A stretch of DNA of 64,000 nucleotides from Flaccisagitta enflata (lineage: Eukaryota): NCBI GenBank assembly GCA_965153355.1, contig OZ231126.1, forward strand, positions 32,736,001 through 32,800,000, given 5' to 3'. Shown one piece after another: positions 1 to 12,026 of this stretch. The notes below the pieces were generated by a model. That model saw only the letters and a list, made by a program, of their open reading frames with translations. It was not told the origin of the DNA and ran no database searches. A program made the position numbers and the translations under genes. The stretch's first letter is position 1. Each line of letters opens with the position of its first letter.

Positions 1-750
1 CAGAGGTGCCTGCCATATCATGGCAATGTCTCAGGCCCAAAGACGATTTTTGGGTTTTTTTTTCCCAGAATTTTGGATTTTCGAAGGCAATATTGGGTAC
101 TTCAAGTGCTCCGATTTTGATGAAATTTTACATGGAGGTAGTCAATAATGTGAAATACCTCCAGTAAAAATTTTGTCAAAATCGGTCAACTTTTAGGGGG
201 GTAACAAAATTTTTTTTTGTTTAAAAAATCGCGAAATAGCCGTTTTTTCAAAATTAAGGTACCATAAAATTTTCAAAAACTTTAATTTGTTTACAAAAAA
301 GCTTCAGTAGGGTCTTATACATGTGCATTTGAAATTTCAGGGCCATTTTTCAACTTTTTTTTAGGTTACAGGTTGAAAAGAGGCCTAAAATTGGCCATTT
401 TCGCGATTTTTGGTTTTACGGTCTTCATTAAATTGTTATTTGACACCCAAAAAAGGCTCTCAGGGCCACCAAATTTTTTTTGGGCATCACCAAGAGTCCC
501 CTAAAGGAATTTCAGCCCATGGTTCATAGGTGCCTGCCATATCATGGAAATGTCTCAGGCTCAAAACGATTTTTGGTTTTTTTTTCCAGAATTTTGGATT
601 TTCGAAGGCAATTTTTGGTACTCATGCCTGATTTTTATGAAATTTACATGGAGGTAGTCCATAATGTGAAATACCTCCAGTAAAAATTTTGTCTAAATCG
701 GTCAACTTTTAGGGGGGTAACGAAATTTTTTTTTATTTAGAAAATCTAAA
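1..750. repeat. Tandem repeat, period about 524 bp, truncated by the window start; probably internal to a transposon
   Basis: CAGAGGTGCCTGCCATATCATGGCAATGTCTCAGG... at 1 recurs as CATAGGTGCCTGCCATATCATGGAAATGTCTCAGG... at 525, with similarity running for about 220 bp. Confidence 0.75.
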
Positions 751-1357
751 AAGCAGTTTTTTCAATTTTAGGTACCTTTTAAAATTTTCACAGCTCCTTT
801 TTACATAGCTCAATTAGGGTCTACATGGCAGTAAAATTGGCTCTACTCCAAGTTTAAGATGGTTTTAGAAAACGCCAAAACGTATTTTGGGCACTTTTTT
901 TTGAGACATTCGAACACGCACCTGATATTGGGTCAAGCAAGCCTGGATTAGTGTTCCCCAAGGTATTACGCACATTTCAAGACCCAACTTCATAGGGGTC
1001 CCCGGATTCGCCCTTTTTATGAAGCTCTACAGAGACTTATTCCTCAGACGGTCATTTTTTTATACAAAGCGTAACAGTATTTTAAAGGATAATAATATTT
1101 CTGAGACATTAAATTTTTTTTTATTTATTGCATCAGATTCTCGCTTTTTTCACAGTTCATGAAAGTCTCAGTATAGCATCACATACAGTATTCTAAGAAT
1201 AATTAAGACTTTTTGATTTTTTTTTGTTTCTAGGTAATGAAAAAAAAAGGTCCCTGTATTGTTTGCATGTGCCCAAAATTTACGGTTAACGGTGATTAAT
1301 GGGTAATCTTAACTTGGGGTCGATGATTAATACTATCATTAGCTGTTAGCATTGATA

Positions 1358-1466
<109 letters not shown>

Positions 1467-1913
1467 CACACAGACAGACAGACAGAGTGGCAGACAGAGG
1501 AGGAGAGAGACACAACGTCACCATACATACTACATAGACATAGACAAAGACAGTTTTGGGTGCCCAGAGCCGCGACCGGTGCAGAAGCGTCATATACAAC
1601 TTGGGGAACACCAATTACCTGCTGGCAATTTTTTTTGAAGGCAAAAAATTGCCTATTCCTTGTTTTTATCCAACCTCCATTTCGGCAGGATGTTGATTGA
1701 ATTTTTCATGCATATTAGAGGATGTCAGTCATCGAGGAATTCTACTTACCTTATTGTGATCAGGAAATCTTTAAAAAATGCATAGATTTTAAGTTGCGGA
1801 CTTGCAACTCAACAGGAGGTTTTGTCTGTACATTGGTCTGTCCATCCGTCAGTCCGTAAGTCCATTGGTTTGTCTGTTATGCTTATATTGAAAAATGCGC
1901 ACTCGAAAACAAA

Positions 1914-1979
<66 letters not shown>

Positions 1980-2650
1980 TTTAGGAATGGGTAGAAACTC
2001 TTTTTTCATTCATTTCGATTGAAAGACCTGATTCCTGGGATGATTACTGTGTATCAAATGCACTGAATTTGGAATGAAACAAATTTGGAATATAACAAAA
2101 ATTTAAATGAGAATGAATTTTTAAAACCTTACAACATAAATAAAAAGTGCAACAACATCTGTGGGCATTATAAGTGTTATTGCATCTTTTTTAATCAAAC
2201 AATAAAATCCTGATAAGGTCAATATTTGTCGAACCAGTTGATGTTGAATAAAATAATTGGTTGTTCTGCCTTATGACTGATGGTAGTTTTAGGTACTTGC
2301 AATTTGACCGTAATATGCAAATGAGATTTTGCTAATTATGCCTTTATTACATTGATAGGGTATATTTTGAAAGACACTGAAAATTCAAAAAATCGTCAAA
2401 AATGTGTTTTTTTTTTGGGGGGGGGGGAAGCATACATCATACAAGAATAAAAGATTAGAATTGATGATATGGATGAGTAGAAGAGGGAGGAGGAGGATAG
2501 TGAGGAGGAGGAGGAGGGAGGCTAGGTCAAACCCATTTTGCAACTAACTTTTGAAGTCGCCTGCAGTAGCAGAGGAGGAGAGGTCGCTGCGACTTTGTTA
2601 CTAGTAACAAAGTCGCTGCGACTGTTTCTTAGGAGGAGTTGGAGAAGCAA

Positions 2651-3557
2651 TTTGTCTATCATGATTCTAATTAGCATATTCCATCAGATATCACAAGGAC
2701 CTGGAAAAGAGATCTCTTTATTGTTGGATCTCACTAGCATACTCAAGTAAGTTATTTGGATCTCATTAGCATATTCAAGTAAGATAATCATGATTATGAG
2801 CTTTTATTCTTTAATGAATTCACCTGACAACACATTGTTGTGTTTGTTGTTGTTAAACTTGGATCTCATTAGCATACTCAAGTAAGTTATACTCTCATGG
2901 TGAATGTTGTTGTTGATGTCATTGCCACATATTCATGATATCTGAATGAATATTCATGGATAATATCGTCGTTAGTATGATCAGTAAGATCATGATATTC
3001 AGTATTGTTTGATTGTTGAAATAACATCGAGATAAGCGCAGCTAAAAAAAAAGATATATCCTAGATATCTGAAGTAATAACCATAGATAATATCATCATC
3101 AGTATGACGAGTAAAATCATGATATTCACTATTTCTTTAGTGTTGAAACAACAGCGAAATAAGCTTAGAAGGACACGCACTATCTCCCTTTCTCTCTTTG
3201 TGACTCTTCTATAGAAGGACACGCACAACTCGGCAGTCTTTTTCTTTATGTGGTTAAGACATGTAAGCACTTCCATGCATTAAGCATTCTTGTCTATCAT
3301 GATTCTAATTAGCATATTCCATCAGATATCACAAGGACCTGGAAAAGAGATCTCTTTATTGTTGGATCTCACTAGCATACTCAAGTAAGTTATTTGGATC
3401 TCATTAGCATATTCAAGTAAGATAATCATGATTATGAGCTTTTATTCTTTAATGAATTCACCTGACAACACATTGTTGTGTTTGTTGTTGTTAAACTTGG
3501 ATCTCATTAGCATACTCAAGTAAGTTATACTCTCATGGTGAATGTTGTTGTTGATGT

Positions 3558-3563
<6 letters not shown>
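2651..3563. repeat. Near-identical block of about 275 bp duplicated (2651-2925 and 3289-3563), in a region rich in the motif GGATCTCATTAGCATATTCAAGTAAG and in (GTT)n tracts
   Basis: TTGTCTATCATGATTCTAATTAGC...GATGTCATTG is present twice; the motif recurs many times between about 2725 and 4050. Confidence 0.85.
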
Positions 3564-3645
<82 letters not shown>

Positions 3646-3753
3646 ATTGTTGTTTAACTTGGATCTTTTGTTGACTTAGATCTCATCTCTTTAGCATACT
3701 CACGTAAGTTATACTCTCATGGTGAATGTTGTTGTTTTTGTTGTTGTTGATGT

Positions 3754-3838
<85 letters not shown>

Positions 3839-5448
3839 AAACAGCAGCTTGATCTCATTAGCATATTCACTCAATTGGCTCATCGAATTGGATGTCAATT
3901 CAGTAGCTTGATCTCATTAGCATTTTCAAGTAAGATTATCATGATTATGAGCTTTTATTCGTTAATGAATTCATAATCTGTTTCTTTAAATCAATTCATT
4001 CGTTCAATGAATTCAGTAGCTGGATCTCATTAGCATATTCAAGTAAGATAATCATGATTACGAGCTTTTCTTCTTTAATGAATTCGCCCGACAAGTCTTT
4101 TGGCAATCAATCAATCAATGGACAGGGTCAGAGGCAGGAGCCTCAAGTCCATCGGTACCCTTTGGGGTACTTATAAGGATAAGGGCTTTAAGCCCATTCA
4201 AATAAAACACAGTATTTCATGGAAGACTTCAGTCTTTTATTATAAAATAGAATCCACAAAAACATTTTCAAGCAAGATTATCATGATTATGAGCTTTTAT
4301 TCTTTAATGAATTCATAGTCTGTTTCGACTCCATTCATTTTAGTTGTTTAGTCTTACTTTGCCATAAAGAACCATTATCAATTTCAAGAAAAGGAGGCAG
4401 TGTACTGTAGTTACACAGTGCGAACTGATCAGCATGTAATGTAGTCTAAAAAACACAATTATTCATTTGTTTTCTTTATTCAATGAAATCAAATTATATT
4501 CAATAAAATCAATAGAATCACAAGAGTTTTGTTCACATGAAAACAAGGGACACATGCAGACTGAAATTGTATAATCATAAAAGAATGCATTCATGATATC
4601 TGAAGCGATATGATATTCAATAAATCTTGAATGTTGAAATACCACTAATTGCGGCTATCGCGGTGAGGAAAAAAGTCGTAAGCATTGGTCACAGATGAGC
4701 AGCTTTACTCACTGACATTCATTCTTGTATTTGCTTGCTTAAACATTGAACATATCTATTAATTTAGGACATTCGAAATCTGAAAAAAAGTGAGCTAAGT
4801 GAGCTGAATGAGCTTAAATGCTCAAAGATATACCCTCATGAATAAGAAAATGAAAACCATGTTTTTCTCGAATATGTCAAATAGTCAAAGAATGACTTTG
4901 ACTTTTTTCCAATCATCGGGATAAGTGAGCTAAGTGAGCTAAATGAGCTAAAATGCTCAAAAAAACACCCTCATGAATGAGAAAATGAAAACCATGTTTT
5001 TCTCGAATATGTCAAAGTCAAAGAATGACTTCGACTTTTTCCCAATCATCGGGATTAGCTAAGCTGTAAAGTAAAATGAAAATAAAATGCCACATATTCA
5101 TGATATCTGAATGAATATTCATGGATAATATCGTCGTTAGTATGATCAGTAAGATCATGATATTCAGTATTGTTTGATTGTTGAAATAACATCGAGATAA
5201 GCGCAGCTAAAAAAAAAGATATATCCTAGATATCTGAAGTAATAACCATAGATAATATCATCATCAGTATGACGAGTAAAATCATGATATTCACTATTTC
5301 TTTAGTGTTGAAACAACAGCGAAATAAGCTTAGAAGGACACGCACTATCTCCCTTTCTCTCTTTGTGACTCTTCTATAGAAGGACACGCACAACTCGGCA
5401 GTCTTTTTCTTTATGTGGTTAAGACATGTAAGCACTTCCATGCATTAA
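2924..5448. repeat. Block of about 360 bp duplicated at 2924-3282 and 5088-5448
   Basis: GCCACATATTCATGATATCTG...CCATGCATTAA occurs twice; the ORF track gives identical 71-aa peptides at 3061-3276 and 5226-5441. Confidence 0.9.
4642..5060. mobile_element. Fragment of an interspersed repeat family; an inverted related copy lies at about 61760-62610
   Basis: GCGGTGAGGAAAAAAGTCGTAAGCATTGGTCAC (about 4660) is the reverse complement of GTGACCAATGCTTACGACTTTTTTCCTCACGGC (about 62560); the TTCTCGAATATGTCAAA and AGCTAAATGAGCTAA motifs are also shared. Confidence 0.65.
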
Positions 5449-5519
5449 CAAAAGGACAATTTTATTAAACAAAAGATGAGATCTCTTCATTGTGCTACTG
5501 GGTTTCTCATATCACATCG

Positions 5520-5992
5520 CAATACTAATCTGCAAATATTCCATTAAATGAAATTCATATCGAGTATTTGTGCTTGCTATCAGCCATTATGCCAAAAATA
5601 CAGCCTCAAAATGATTTTTTATAAAGTATTTGTGTCTGTAATCAGCCAGTCACAAACTACCTAACTACTCTGCAAATATTTCATTAAATGGAATTCATAT
5701 TGAGTATTTGCGCTTGTTATCACCGATTATGCCCAAAAGACATCCTCGGAATGATTTCTCATGATCATTTGTGTTTGTTATCAGCTACTTAAGCCAAAAA
5801 GACAGCCAGTAATGATTTTTTATAAAGTATTTGTGTCTGTTATCAGCCAGTCACAAGCTACCTAACTACTCTGCAAATATTTCATTAAATGGAATTCATA
5901 TTGAGTATTTGCGCTTGTTATCACCAATTATGCCCAAAAGACATCCTCGGAATGATTTCTCATGATCATTTGTGTTTGTTATCAGCTACTTA
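5520..5992. repeat. Tandem repeat, period 200 bp (two near-complete units plus a degenerate partial one)
   Basis: CTAACTACTCTGCAAATATTTCATTAAATGGAATTCATATTGAG at 5661 and 5861; degenerate copy near 5525. Confidence 0.8.
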
Positions 5993-6872
5993 TGGTTAAA
6001 CTGTGATATGACAGTGGTCAGCATAAGGAACAAATCATGAAGCGCCTCTGTATTTAGACAGTTTGTAAGTTTCTATTTGAATAACGCATGGTAAGATATC
6101 ATCTAAAAAATCACCACAAATATCACAATCTACTCCTCCTCTGTCAAGATGATAGGTCAAATGGGCATTTTGGAGGGGAAGAGGAGGGAGGAGGAGGGAA
6201 GAGGAGGATATGGAGGAAAAGTCGCAAAGAATAGTCCTCCTCCTCCTGCCATGAATGATAGACTTGTGGTGGTGGTGATATCATCACTGGTGATTTCTGC
6301 CCCCTCTTCTAGTGGTAACTTCACTGGTAGCAAAATGGGTTTGACCCTAGATGGGAGGAGGAGGAGGAGGAGGAGGAGGAGGAGGAGGAGGTGGCGGAAG
6401 TGGGAAGTTGAAATTGCTGTTTTGGGCAATTTCAAACCAATATGCCTCATATCTGCCCCTTTGTGCCTCAATCAAACCTCTCAAAAGTCAAACTGCAAAC
6501 CAGCCCCTCGGACAACATGAGTATGAAATCTATCTACATTTTTAGATAACCATATGATCGCGCAATTTCATTACTAAAAATACATAAGATACAGACAAGA
6601 AGGTTCACTATGTGGAATTGTGGATTGTTAAATACTTGTGTTGCCAACCGACCATCAGATACATGCTTCGATGCAACTAAAAAGATAAATGACTAAAAAC
6701 AGTCCTGTAGGGACTGACAAATTTACCAATGTCTGGACACAATAAGATAAAAATGCTTGCAGACAACATAAACACTCCCCCTGCCCAAACGCTTGGTAAC
6801 TTTTTATCACTGCCCTTGCCAACCCCCACGCGACTAGGATAGTTGTGTATCTGGCCTTGGCCTCTGGCCACA

Positions 6873-7120
6873 TGAAAGTGCCTTTTACTTCCTACAGCAT
6901 CGATCTTGATACTGCACCTTCTTCCGCAAACAACCGCCGTGAAACTCGAGTTAGGGAATTGCTGGTTCTCAACTCCATCGTCGAAAAAATAATGATTAGT
7001 GATGGATTTTCCACGATCACATATCACGATGATGGGTCTAAAAAGCAAGGGACTGGAGCTTTCTCCGTTCAAGGCATTTCAATTAACCGAAAGTATCACC
7101 CACTTCCTACCCTTCCTATG
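6873..7120 (+). pseudogene. Possible DNA-transposase fragment
   Basis: Complex, protein-like reading (...STITYHDDGSKKQGTGAFSVQGISINRKYHPLPTLP) with a beta-strand-D-G pattern like the first catalytic Asp of DDE transposases; bounded by repeats; family not identified. Confidence 0.3.
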
Positions 7121-7853
7121 TAGCAAACACCACGTAGCGTGTAGCATCTTTTAGTCCTAGTAATATTCATTTGCAGCAAGTTGCAGCAATAACTATTTGG
7201 CTCACATGATTGATTTTTTATACATTCCAAATTAGTATAAAATATTCCATGAATGATCTACCGGTTGCTTGTTAAAAGTTGCTGCAAAAATCAAAGTTTC
7301 ATAACAATTATGGGTATACTACTCATATAACAACTGCAGCAAGTTGCTGCAAATTCATTATCCTTGATTTTCATCTCATGTTTAACTAGATTATTATTAC
7401 AGTTGTCAGAATCCCAGCAGAAGTACATCAATTCTTACATTTGTTTTTGATAATTGTAGTGGATTTTGCCAATTTTACAGCAAAAATGACATTTTTTGCA
7501 GCAACTTGCAGCAACTTTTCATAATTCAGGTACTCTAGAGTGCTGACGTTTTAGCAGGACGCATGATCTGTCAAAATACCCTAATTGCTACAGGTTTAGA
7601 AACATTTTTACCGCAGTAAAATTCCTTTAACCCAGAAAATCGCTCTGAAAAATAGGAATTTTCGCAAGAAATGCTGCATTGCTTAGTACACATATATATG
7701 CAGTAGGAGTCGATATGTACAGTGAATTTTTGGTCGGTTTATGGTTGTAAAGTGTTAAAGTAAGGTCCCCTCCACAATTAGAGCTATCGGTGGGCATTGT
7801 GGAATGAAAACTTTTCCCTCAGGCTTCCCTCAGGCTGTGGTGGTTTCCCCTCT

Positions 7854-8186
7854 AGTATAAAGCCACTATAAACTTGCGCGTCAAAACCTGATATGACAAA
7901 TGAACACCAAATTAGTACATTGGATCGGAGATAAAAGTGTCATATTTCAATAAGCAACAGTCGTATATCAATAGGCAACGGTAAACATCAATTTGCAACA
8001 TCAAATACTCACACTTGGCGCTTCCCAAACGCACATTGCGCACTCTCGACTTTGCAGAGGCCCACACTGGTATATATAACAAAAGCAACGATCACGTGAC
8101 GACCACGCACACGGGGAGAGCGATAAGAAACGGAGGCAGGTCCTTTTTTACTCAGATAGCATTACCCGTGCAGATAAGATATCACA
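7854..8186 (-). repeat. 3' LTR (left copy)
   Basis: Matches 11694-12026 without indels; about 8 substitutions counted by eye. Confidence 0.9.
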
Positions 8187-8727
8187 CCCCCGTCTAAAAA
8201 AGGACATAAAATGAAACCGGAGCAAAATCGCGGCCCAACGAGACTAAAATGATCATTGTAAGCAAAAATGATCAAATGGTAACCTTAAAAGATAAAATGA
8301 GGCGGGACCATGACTGTAAAATGAGAGCAATCATGCAGAAATGAAAGCAATCAAGCATAAAATGAAAGCAATCAGGCATAAAATGAAAGCAATCACGCTG
8401 TAAGATAAAAGCAGTCACACATAAAATGAAAGCAATCACAATGATCAAGCAATCATTGATAACATTGTACAATGATAAAATGAAACGAATCCATGTAGCA
8501 AGTAGTAAAAACATATTTGAAAAGACGCCGACGATCTTTTGTTTGAATCCAATTGTCTTTGGGAGACGATTGTCCTTTAGTAACGAAATGAGAGACGCCG
8601 ACGGTCTTTGATGTCCATGAGAACTTTAGTAACGATAATTTGTCTAGAAGACACGATTGTCCTCGAGACTGCGATGAGGGAAGATGAATGTTCATTAGAG
8701 TGGCCTAATGTTCATGAGAGGAATTGT

Positions 8728-11028
8728 TCACTTGATGACGAGGGGGAAATCAATCTTCTTCGTAAGCGCCCCCGCCATTAAGGGCATTGCAGCGCCCCTG
8801 CCATTGGCGAGAGCCGTCGCCTCCGAAATGTAACGTTGACAGAGAACTACCATTTTTAGCAAGATGGCGCTCTGGAGTAGAACCCGGTCATTGGACTTGA
8901 AATGTTGAGTCGGCAGAGGGAAAGCATTTACACCAAATGCGTCCTTATAGTCAAACTTGAAACAGATGCGATGACCATCAGGAAGCACGATGCAGGTGCT
9001 AGGATGGGAATGATGAACGCGGAACTTGTCCTTAACTTGTCCTTTCGCTGCCCTGGTCCAAAACGAAACATCGAAAGACAGGGTTGAGAACATTTGAATC
9101 TTGTAGGTAGTATCAATAACCATAAGAGACTTGGCAGTCTCAATGTGAAAGAACTCAATGAAATCTTGATGATCGAGTTTGACGCTGTAACGATTGTAAA
9201 CAAACAAAACTTTCAACGAAGTCAGTTTGTACTTAACTCTGGCTTTTCCTTTTGTCTTTTGCTCGATGTGGAGACGAAGAAAGGCAGCGCTTTCTGTGAA
9301 CGCCATCTTCAATGATGGATGACGTTGAATCCAAAATCTTGTCCTTGACTCGATTTGCGCGAGTTCGAATCCCGCGATGGTCATTGAAACATGAGAGAGT
9401 AGAATTGAGGGATTAGCAAACGAATCATTGGAGGGAGAACTAAACTCGATCTTAAACTTTTTCTTCCTTAGCTCAACCAGCGCGAGTTCGAGTCCCAGGC
9501 GGGCATTTAAAACATAGGGCTGAATCCTTTTAGAGACAAACTGTTTGCCCTTTCCTAACGGGTCTCTTGCCATAAACGGATCAAAGATCTGATACGTCAA
9601 TGCTATATCATGAAAATACCTTTTGTTCTTAGAATGACGATCCTGAATGAGCGCCCGTTCGTGAATTAACTTTGATGACAGGAGGTCGTTGACCTTGATT
9701 TCCTTCCTCTGGGTCCAACCGTTCCCCACGGTATCCCAGTCTTGAACATGTGGCACAGTGCCCCAAACGCGATCGTTTGACCTGAGAAGCTTGGGATTAG
9801 TAACAGAATAAAATGCCCAAATGACGTTGCTTCTCAGAGAGAGAAAGCAACTGTTTCTCAACAACAAATCAATGAAATCAGACTTGACCTTGACTTTGAT
9901 GGCGATGGATTTAACGTCCGTCGGTCCATCCACTTTGAAGCGTAGCCATTCATTCTTAGATTGGTGCAAATGACTCGAACCTTGGTGAAACAAACTCGAT
10001 GGGGAAGGAAATCTTGGATTAAAATTTGACTTATTGGAGCGATCAAACGTTGGGGTATATCCCCCAGCCTTTCGCTTTACACTGGAGCGAAACTTGATAA
10101 AATCAGAGACCAATGTTGATACTGTGATCAACTTCCTCTTTAAAATCGTGACCTTATGACGCAACTCGTTAAGAACCGATTTGCCCACAGTGCGCGGAAT
10201 TGACAGAAACTCGATCATATCAAAACCGCATCTCCCACAAAATGAGAATAGACGATAAACCAGATCGAAATCGCCATTTCTATTAATTTTAAGGCAAGAA
10301 ACAATTGGGTCAATCACCTTTCTGGATGGATCATTATCATGACCGTTACCAGTCCACTTGAAACTTGAAGTCATAGCGGCAAACTGTGGGACGCCAAAAG
10401 CGAATCCATTCATTTCCAACGGCCAAAAGCTTTTCACCGCCGGCTTTGAATGGAAAACTTGAAACGGGACCTTGTGTTGAGGGAAGTGAATCATAACGGT
10501 TGGTAGGATGAGACAAATGAGAATCATTATAAGAGGCAAAATTCCTTTGGGCAATGAAACCCGAGCCTTGTGACCATAATGCGGCCATTCACTTTCCATC
10601 TCACCATAGAGAGGATTTAACTTAGCTTTCAGTGGCGTCTTTTGATGCGGCGTCTCTTCCGGCGCCTTTGTCTCAACGCCGTCCAATTCCTGTGACTCGG
10701 GTTGATATGAAACTCGATCGTTGGTAGCGAACTCCGGCGAGCCCACCCACGTAGAACCCTTTGAAACCTTAGACTGAGAATGAGGTGGGGAATCAAAAGT
10801 AGCACTTTTTGAGAACAGATTTGGCGAAGAAAGAGAATCAGAATTCACTCCATCTAGATCGGTAAAAGCATCGCGAACAAGCTGAGGCTTGTCACCAACT
10901 TTAACACAAAACTTATCTTTTGACAACGACTGTAGCGGCGCCGTTTCTTCAGATGAATCTTGAAAGCTTCCACGATGAGGCTCAAACCCGAGGTCACGTG
11001 GTACGGATGTAACTATCTCTTGTGACAA
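8728..11028 (-). CDS. Element-encoded ORF2, at least 766 aa, unknown family, one hydrophobic (possible transmembrane or signal-anchor) segment
   Basis: 2.3-kb stop-free frame in non-repetitive sequence; the frame is open up to about 11094; GILPLIMILICLILPTVMIHF at aa about 162-182; the track start is a TTG and the first in-frame ATG is aa 144; no RT, RNase H, integrase, protease or CCHC motif seen. Confidence 0.7.
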   Translation of the reverse strand: MSQEIVTSVPRDLGFEPHRGSFQDSSEETAPLQSLSKDKFCVKVGDKPQLVRDAFTDLDGVNSDSLSSPNLFSKSATFDSPPHSQSKVSKGSTWVGSPEFATNDRVSYQPESQELDGVETKAPEETPHQKTPLKAKLNPLYGEMESEWPHYGHKARVSLPKGILPLIMILICLILPTVMIHFPQHKVPFQVFHSKPAVKSFWPLEMNGFAFGVPQFAAMTSSFKWTGNGHDNDPSRKVIDPIVSCLKINRNGDFDLVYRLFSFCGRCGFDMIEFLSIPRTVGKSVLNELRHKVTILKRKLITVSTLVSDFIKFRSSVKRKAGGYTPTFDRSNKSNFNPRFPSPSSLFHQGSSHLHQSKNEWLRFKVDGPTDVKSIAIKVKVKSDFIDLLLRNSCFLSLRSNVIWAFYSVTNPKLLRSNDRVWGTVPHVQDWDTVGNGWTQRKEIKVNDLLSSKLIHERALIQDRHSKNKRYFHDIALTYQIFDPFMARDPLGKGKQFVSKRIQPYVLNARLGLELALVELRKKKFKIEFSSPSNDSFANPSILLSHVSMTIAGFELAQIESRTRFWIQRHPSLKMAFTESAAFLRLHIEQKTKGKARVKYKLTSLKVLFVYNRYSVKLDHQDFIEFFHIETAKSLMVIDTTYKIQMFSTLSFDVSFWTRAAKGQVKDKFRVHHSHPSTCIVLPDGHRICFKFDYKDAFGVNAFPLPTQHFKSNDRVLLQSAILLKMVVLCQRYISEATALANGRGAAMPLMAGALTKKIDFPLVIK

Positions 11029-11324
11029 CGACTGTAGCGGCGCCGTGTCCTCCGTTGTAACTGGAGCGGTTCCTTTTCGCGCCGCTGTTCCTCTTTACGG
11101 CGCTGTCTCTCTTCACGGCGCAGTTCCTCTTCACGTTCGAGGGCTTCATCCTCTACTTTACGGCGTAATTCAACTTGACGTCCTAATTCTTTGAAATATT
11201 CTTCAAGTGCGGCTTCACCGCGGGACATGGCAGCCTCGGCGGCCACTTGGCAGTACATTGTATCAGCGATTAAAATAAACCAAGGGATCGAAGGCGGATC
11301 CATCTGCGCTCCTTTATTCTGCAT
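11013..11324 (-). CDS. Element-encoded ORF1, Glu/Arg-rich coiled-coil peptide overlapping ORF2 (ORF2 is in the -1 frame)
   Basis: ATG at 11324 (MQNKGAQMD...), then EEYFKELGRQVELRRKVEDEALEREEELRREERQRRKEEQRREKE; may be the N-terminus of one frameshifted ORF1-ORF2 protein. Confidence 0.5.
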   Translation of the reverse strand: MQNKGAQMDPPSIPWFILIADTMYCQVAAEAAMSRGEAALEEYFKELGRQVELRRKVEDEALEREEELRREERQRRKEEQRREKEPLQLQRRTRRRYSRCHKR

Positions 11325-11693
11325 CGTGACTGTACTGAAACAGACAATGATATAGGGGGAAAGAAACCTTGACACTGGTTTAGAATGACAAGTGACTTTA
11401 CTCAAACATTGAACTCTTTACATTGACTGATTCGACATCATCCCTAATGATCATCTTTACAGACACTATCGAGCAATCGAAGGCGGCCCCGACTATGCTC
11501 CTTTACTTAACTTTTGTGAATGGGATGACGAAAGGTTTTGTCGCGTGGCTTCATGACGAAAGTTGACGGGATTTTGACTTCGAGACGGAACTTCAAAGTG
11601 TTTTGACTGTGAGATTCTTTCTTGGACTGATGGACTGACTCCATGGAGAGCGCGCTAATAATAACACCGCATATCAGATGCAGAACGATTTAA

Positions 11694-12026
11694 TGTACAA
11701 AGCCACTATAAACATGCGCGTCAAAACCTGATATGACAAATGAACACCAAATTAGTACATTGGATCGGAGATAAAAGTGTCATATTTCAATAAGCAACAG
11801 TCGTATATCAATAGGCAACGGTAAACATCAATTTGCAACATCAAATACTCACACTTGGCGCTTCCCAAACGCACATTGCGCACTCTCGACTTTGCAGAGG
11901 CTCACACTGGTATTTATAAGAAAAGCAACGATCACGTGACGACCACGCACACGGGGAGAGCGATAAAAAACGGAGGCAGGTCCTTTTTTACTCAGATAGC
12001 ATTACCCGTGCAAATAAGATATCACA
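11694..12026 (-). repeat. 5' LTR (right copy)
   Basis: TG...CA termini; direct repeat of 7854-8186. Confidence 0.9.

Larger units (their letters stand above)
7854..12026 (-). mobile_element. LTR-flanked element of 4173 bp without recognisable pol (non-autonomous LTR retroelement carrying an unknown ORF)
   Basis: 333-bp direct repeats exactly 3840 bp apart; 4-bp flanking duplication CTCT (7850-7853 and 12027-12030); minus-strand LTR reads TGTGATATC...TGTACA in the right copy; purine tract AGACGGGGG immediately precedes the left LTR on the minus strand; both internal ORFs are on the minus strand. Confidence 0.85.

Noticed and set aside
7121-7853. Possible TIR element (AAACACCAC...GTGGTGGTTT) with repeated GCAGCAAGTTGCAGCA motifs
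   Set aside because: The termini match too poorly and there is no TSD; probably a repeat, but the boundaries are unsupported
8015-8197. Twin ORFs MALPKRTLRT... (also at 11855)
   Set aside because: They lie inside the LTRs, start at TTG and diverge as soon as the repeat ends
8728-11028. ORF2 as retroviral Pol or classical Env
   Set aside because: No RT, RNase H or integrase motifs, and no C-terminal membrane anchor seen; left as unknown
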